From NCBI GenBank assembly GCA_963707915.1, contig OY970178.1, positions 1,568,001-1,632,000 on the forward strand: a stretch of DNA of 64,000 bases. Direction: 5' to 3'. The notes beneath the pieces were generated by a model, which did not search any database, had not been told where the DNA came from, and saw only the letters and a program-made list of their open reading frames with translations. Source of the stretch: Candidatus Eiseniibacteriota bacterium (GTDB lineage: Bacteria > Eisenbacteria > RBG-16-71-46). Below are positions 59,707-64,000 of the stretch, one piece after another (position 1 is the stretch's first letter; every line of letters starts with the position of its first letter). The position numbers were made by a program, and so were the translations under genes.

Positions 59707-61716
59707 TCACTCGAGCGCGTGGTCCGCGTGGCCCGCCGGCATCCGGAACAGGTCGTCCGCCAGCGGAGGGTTCAGCTTCACGCTCGTGACCCTGGCGTCC
59801 ATGACGGTCCGGCCGTCCAGCAAGGTCTGCTCCCGGCGCGGGTAGCGGATGCGGCCGACCGGCTTCCAGTCGGCGTAGATCTCGGTGGCCCGCGCCGGCC
59901 CGCCGTCCGCGCCCTCTCCCTGGTATTCCATGCGCGCGAGCGCGCCGTCGGGCGCGAAGTAGAGCCGCCAGTCGCGCGTGGTCTCGCTCCGGACGCGCGC
60001 GGCGCGCAGGACGACTCCGTCCACGGTCCGGGGTTCGTCCAGCGCCTCGACCTGGAACGCGCCGGGCTCGCTGAACAGCCGCAGGATCGAGCGCTCGTAC
60101 TGTCTCCTCAGCTCCTCGCCCGCCCGGGGCTCGTCCCGCACCCGGCCGCGATCGGAGTCCCAGCCGCGGGTGCCGTCGAAGCCGCGCGCGAACGCGCCCA
60201 GCTCGAAGCGGCGCGTGGCCCGGTAGTGGTCCGGGACCCGCCAGTGGATCGTGCTGGCGATGGTCCGGGCCCGTCCCTGGATGCTGGCGGTCTCCACGCG
60301 CGTGACACTGATGCTGCGGATCGCCGCCCACGCCGCGCTCCCGCCGGCCAGGCCGACCGCCTTCGCCAGCAGCGCATGCCCCCGGGCCGCCGGCGTGGCC
60401 GGGCCACCGGGGCCGACGGCGGGCGCCACTGCGACCGGCCTGCGCAGCGTGGCCTCGACCCTGACGAGCTGCCGCTCGACGACGCCCACCGAGTCCGTCC
60501 ACTGCGCTCCGTCGAGCCGCACGGCGACCGAGTGCCGTCCGACCAGCGCCTTGACCGTGCACGGCGTCGTGCCCACCTCCACTCCGTCGAGCAGCACGCG
60601 GGCCGCGGCGGCATCGCCGCCCGCGCCCCGCGCCGACACGCGGAGGGCCCCTTCGCGCGGGGCCGGCGCGAGGACGACCGTCCGCCGCTCGCCGCGCGCC
60701 AGCACAATCCGTTCGCCGCGCTCGTCGTAGCGCGGATCGCCGGCCCGCACCTCGTGCGTGCCGGGTGGCAGCTCGCGCAGCACGACCGGGGTCGCGCCCG
60801 CCGGTCTCCCGTCGATGGTCACCGCCAGCCCCGGCGGCGTGCTCGTCACCGTCAACCAGCCGAAGTCCGGGTCCAGCGCCCAGCTCAGTCTCGGCGGGGT
60901 GCCGCGCCGCGCGACCTCCACGACCTCCCGCCGCGGGAGGTAGCGCTCCTTCTGCATCGTGACCACCACGGCCCCCACCGGGAGCTCCCGGCTGCACGGT
61001 GTCGCCTGGCAGACCACCCGGCCGTCGACCATCACGACGGCGCCGGCGGGATCCGACGCGAAGGCCACCACCGCGGCGGAGTCGCCCGGAGGAGACCAGG
61101 CGCCGCGGGCCTCCGCGTCGAGACGCCCCTCCACGGCCCCGCCGGCGCCCGCGTCGCCGCGGACCTTCGCAAACAGCCGCCCGCAGGCCCCCGCCACCCC
61201 GTTCTCGATGTCGACCGGCCTCGCTCCCGCGGCCGTCTCGCTGCCGAGGAACGCGCCCGAGACGCAGTGGTGCGCCTTGAGGTTCATCCGCAGCTCGTCC
61301 CCGAACTTCAGGATCTCCCCGGTCACGATGTAGTCGGCGCCGATCCTGCGGCCCACCTCGACCTCGCACGCGCTCGAGAGGCAGTCCACCAGCCTCACGC
61401 CGGGGGGCAGCAACTGCTGGATGCTCTCGCGCGTCATCACCAGGAACGGGCCCGGAGGCAGGGCCTGGCTGGCTTCGCCGCGCACCCGGTCGGTGAGGTA
61501 GGCGGTCTCGGCGACGCTCAGGCCGGCGTCGTTGCGCAGCTCCAGCACCGCGAGCTTCACGGCGCCGGCGCGGGCGGTCGGGGCCCACGACGCCGCGAGG
61601 ACGAGCAGCGCGGCGACGGCCAGTCCCCTCCCGGGAGGCGGCGCCCGCCGCGCTCCGGTGCCTGGGCTTCTCTTCTTCGACGGGTCGAGCGGCCTACTTG
61701 CCGTCAGCCTGGCCAT
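59707..61716 (-). CDS. Secreted PEGA-repeat protein with N-terminal TolB-N/CsgG-like and C-terminal LolA-like domains
   Basis: Three PEGA-like units (SDPAGAVVMVDG, STPPGLAVTIDG..GATP, VLLDGVEVGTTP); CEVEVGRRIGADYIVTG. Start uncertain. Confidence 0.75.
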   Translation of the reverse strand: MARLTASRPLDPSKKRSPGTGARRAPPPGRGLAVAALLVLAASWAPTARAGAVKLAVLELRNDAGLSVAETAYLTDRVRGEASQALPPGPFLVMTRESIQQLLPPGVRLVDCLSSACEVEVGRRIGADYIVTGEILKFGDELRMNLKAHHCVSGAFLGSETAAGARPVDIENGVAGACGRLFAKVRGDAGAGGAVEGRLDAEARGAWSPPGDSAAVVAFASDPAGAVVMVDGRVVCQATPCSRELPVGAVVVTMQKERYLPRREVVEVARRGTPPRLSWALDPDFGWLTVTSTPPGLAVTIDGRPAGATPVVLRELPPGTHEVRAGDPRYDERGERIVLARGERRTVVLAPAPREGALRVSARGAGGDAAAARVLLDGVEVGTTPCTVKALVGRHSVAVRLDGAQWTDSVGVVERQLVRVEATLRRPVAVAPAVGPGGPATPAARGHALLAKAVGLAGGSAAWAAIRSISVTRVETASIQGRARTIASTIHWRVPDHYRATRRFELGAFARGFDGTRGWDSDRGRVRDEPRAGEELRRQYERSILRLFSEPGAFQVEALDEPRTVDGVVLRAARVRSETTRDWRLYFAPDGALARMEYQGEGADGGPARATEIYADWKPVGRIRYPRREQTLLDGRTVMDARVTSVKLNPPLADDLFRMPAGHADHALE

Positions 61717-62311
61717 TGGTGGCGCGGTCGAGCTCTTCGAACGCCTTGTCGGCACGTTCCACGACCGCCTGGCGGACGGACTCGCTCAGGGCCGTCATGC
61801 GACGGACGGTGTCCTTGAACCCGTCGACATTCAGCCGGCAGAGCGCGTAGTAGGTCCCCGAATCGCTGGTCCAGGAGTCCACGATCTCGGTGCCGGAGAC
61901 CGTCATGTCGGTGATCTGCTTCGACACGTCGACGATGTGCTGCTCGTCGGCGGCGGACGTGCCGAATTCCACGCCCCCGGTCGTCGTGGCCTGGTAGTCC
62001 TTCAGCATCGAGGCCACGCGGACCGCCAGCGAGCGGGCGATCTCGGTGCGTGCCCGGCCCATCGCCGCCTCGCGGGCGAGCCCGACGTTGCGCGTCCCTC
62101 CGACGGAACCCACCCCGCAAACGAACTTGGCGCGCTCGGCCTCCTTGAAGTAGCAGCCGCCGCCCCGGGTCACCCAGCAGGGCGCGCCGGCGAGTTCCTC
62201 GCGCATGACGGTGGCCGGCGGCTTCGGCCGGCTCGCGGCGCAGCCCGAACCGATGAACGCCGAGACCGCCACGGCGAAGAGCGCGCACGTACGAAGGGAT
62301 CGTGCTTCCAT
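61694..62311 (-). CDS. LPP20-family lipoprotein
   Basis: GGAGG RBS, lipobox-like GSGC, P.WV, GVGS...AREAAMGRARTEIARSL. Confidence 0.8.
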   Translation of the reverse strand: MEARSLRTCALFAVAVSAFIGSGCAASRPKPPATVMREELAGAPCWVTRGGGCYFKEAERAKFVCGVGSVGGTRNVGLAREAAMGRARTEIARSLAVRVASMLKDYQATTTGGVEFGTSAADEQHIVDVSKQITDMTVSGTEIVDSWTSDSGTYYALCRLNVDGFKDTVRRMTALSESVRQAVVERADKAFEELDRATNGQADGK

Positions 62312-62575
62312 GAAGTCCTCCCAGGTTGCGGTTTGCACCACCCGACCAGCACCCCGACATGGTACCAGAAGGTGGCGTGGACCGGGACCGGGACCGCGCC
62401 CGGAACGCGACGGTCGTCCCGGAGCCTTTGACAGGTCCGGCCCCGTGGTGGACCCTGAGGGCCGACTGCAGACGGAAGCGCGCCGGGCGCACCGGGGCGC
62501 GGGCATCCGGCCCGACCGGGCCGGATGGCCATCGATCCGTCCGGACCGACACGACACAGGCAACGAGAGGTCGAG

Positions 62576-63055
62576 ATGGCTGACGACAAGCTGGTCGCGA
62601 TGCTCAAGTACTCGGTGACAGCGTGGAACAAATCGCGGGCCAGCCGGTTCAGCAGCATGGGTGAGACCGACCTGTCGGGGGCCGACCTCAAGTGGGCCGA
62701 CCTGCGGCACGCCAACCTGAGGGGCGTGGACCTCTCGGGGGCCGACCTCACCGGGGCCAACCTCGCGGAGGCCAATCTCACCGAGGCCGACCTCTCGGGG
62801 GCCGACCTCTCGGGGGCCGATCTCCGGGGGACCAACCTCACCGAGGCCAACCTCACCCAGGCCGACCTCTCGGGGGCGGACCTCCGGCAGGCCGAACTCT
62901 CGCAGGCCGAACTCTCGCAGGCCGTCCTCGCGAAGGCCGACCTGATGGGGGCCAACCTCACGGGGGCCCGCCTGATGGGGGCTGACCTCGCCGGCGCCAT
63001 CTTCTCGAGCGCCGACCTGGTGAAGGCCCGCGGGGTGAAGCCGAAGCCCGAGTAG
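62576..63055 (+). CDS. Pentapeptide-repeat protein
   Basis: Long A(D/N)Lxx tandem array. Confidence 0.95.
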   Translation: MADDKLVAMLKYSVTAWNKSRASRFSSMGETDLSGADLKWADLRHANLRGVDLSGADLTGANLAEANLTEADLSGADLSGADLRGTNLTEANLTQADLSGADLRQAELSQAELSQAVLAKADLMGANLTGARLMGADLAGAIFSSADLVKARGVKPKPE

Positions 63056-63514
63056 TTTGGGCGGGGACGGGGCGGGGGGCTTGGGGCGGACGGGCGCCGG
63101 GGAAGATGCGAGCGCGGGCTTCGGAGACGAACCGTTGTCTGAACGGCGCCGGGGCTTGCGTGTGATTGCCGGGCGAATGCGCGATCACGACGCAGGAGGA
63201 ACGGACAATCCTCCTGGAGCGCGCCAATCGGCACTCGGCCCCAGCGATTCCCCCAACGCAACATTGCGCCGCGGCGTTGTGGCCGTCATCCATCCCGAAA
63301 TGGTCGCTGATCACTGCTTCGCAACCCCTTGCGGGACAGGGACCGGAATCCGCGCGCCATGTCCTCAGCGTGTAGCTGGCTGCGCGGGCGAATGCTGACT
63401 TCTGATCACGTCAGACGCAGACGGCTCACTGGTCTCCTGGATCTCTTCCTAGTGCCTCAGTTGGGGCCCGTGCCCGACCACCTCGCCCTCGGCAGCACGG
63501 GCGCCCCCCTCGCC

Positions 63515-64000
63515 CTACTCCAGCACCGCCACGCGTGTCATTCGCACGTTGGTGCCCTGCCGCAGACACACCAGGTAGAGTCCGGGTGCAAGCCGACGAC
63601 CCTCGCCGAGGTCGAGCGAGTGCTGCCCCGCGCCCAGCGAGCCGACCTCGCGCCGGGCGATGCGGCGCCCCGCCACGTCGAGCAGCTCGAGCGAAGCCGC
63701 GGTCCCGCCCGGCAGCGTGAAGCGCACCGTCAGCGCGCCGCCCCGCGAGGGATTCGGGCGCACCTCGCATCGGGCAGCTTCGAGCGCGGGCAGATCGACC
63801 CAGGCCTCGCCGTAGAAGCCCTCGACTCCTGCCTCGACGATCCCGAGCCTGTATCCCACGCGCGTGGCCGTCGCGTCGTCGCGGTCCGTGTACCGCAGGT
63901 AGCCCGTGCCATCCGCGGCGACCTCGCCGATCCGCGTCCACGGGTCGCTCACGGTCGATCGGTAGACCGTAGCCGCGGCGTTCATGCTCCCGCCCGCGAA
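63515..64000 (-). CDS. C-terminal part of a secreted protein with FlgD-Ig/T9SS-like tail (5' end outside window)
   Basis: PNPSRG...FTLP...LLDVAGRR...APGLYLVCL. Confidence 0.8.
   Translation of the reverse strand, partial: FAGGSMNAAATVYRSTVSDPWTRIGEVAADGTGYLRYTDRDDATATRVGYRLGIVEAGVEGFYGEAWVDLPALEAARCEVRPNPSRGGALTVRFTLPGGTAASLELLDVAGRRIARREVGSLGAGQHSLDLGEGRRLAPGLYLVCLRQGTNVRMTRVAVLE

Noticed and set aside
62660..63030. Regular 15-bp DNA repeats that could suggest a CRISPR array
   Set aside because: They encode pentapeptide repeats and have no unique spacers. No CRISPR array or cas gene was seen in the window.

Overview
High-GC bacterial DNA in two parts. Several secreted proteins end in an FlgD-Ig/T9SS-like tail, which suggests an FCB-related lineage such as Ca. 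Eisenbacteria (inference). (1) Bases 1 to ~31,000 are a visibly lower-GC integrative element whose left end lies outside the window. Its + strand carries a sigma70-region-4 regulator, a Prim-Pol/AAA replicase, an excisionase-like HTH and a tyrosine integrase. It appears integrated in the 3' end of an HI0933/BaiN-family flavoprotein gene. Its - strand carries ~25 kb of defence cargo: DUF5678 plus aspartyl protease, then a DISARM-like run (DrmD-like SNF2, RmuC, adenine MTase, double PD-(D/E)XK protein, giant DEAH/DUF1998 helicase-nuclease, no DrmC), an LRAT-like protein, SIR2-HerA, a decayed IS1380 (+ strand), and a TPR-Mrr-like nuclease gene absent from the ORF track. (2) Bases ~31,000 to 64,000 are host chromosome: lrp-lat, peptidases, HAD hydrolase, MCP, a cobalamin-riboswitch-controlled BtuB-like operon, a small low-GC islet beside a damaged tRNA-Ser(CGA), UDG, APC permease, fabI, a YidE-type transporter, an LPP20/PEGA operon and a pentapeptide-repeat protein. 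The best candidate for an undescribed system is the RmuC-containing DISARM-like operon. All family calls come from motif recognition by eye; no searches were run.
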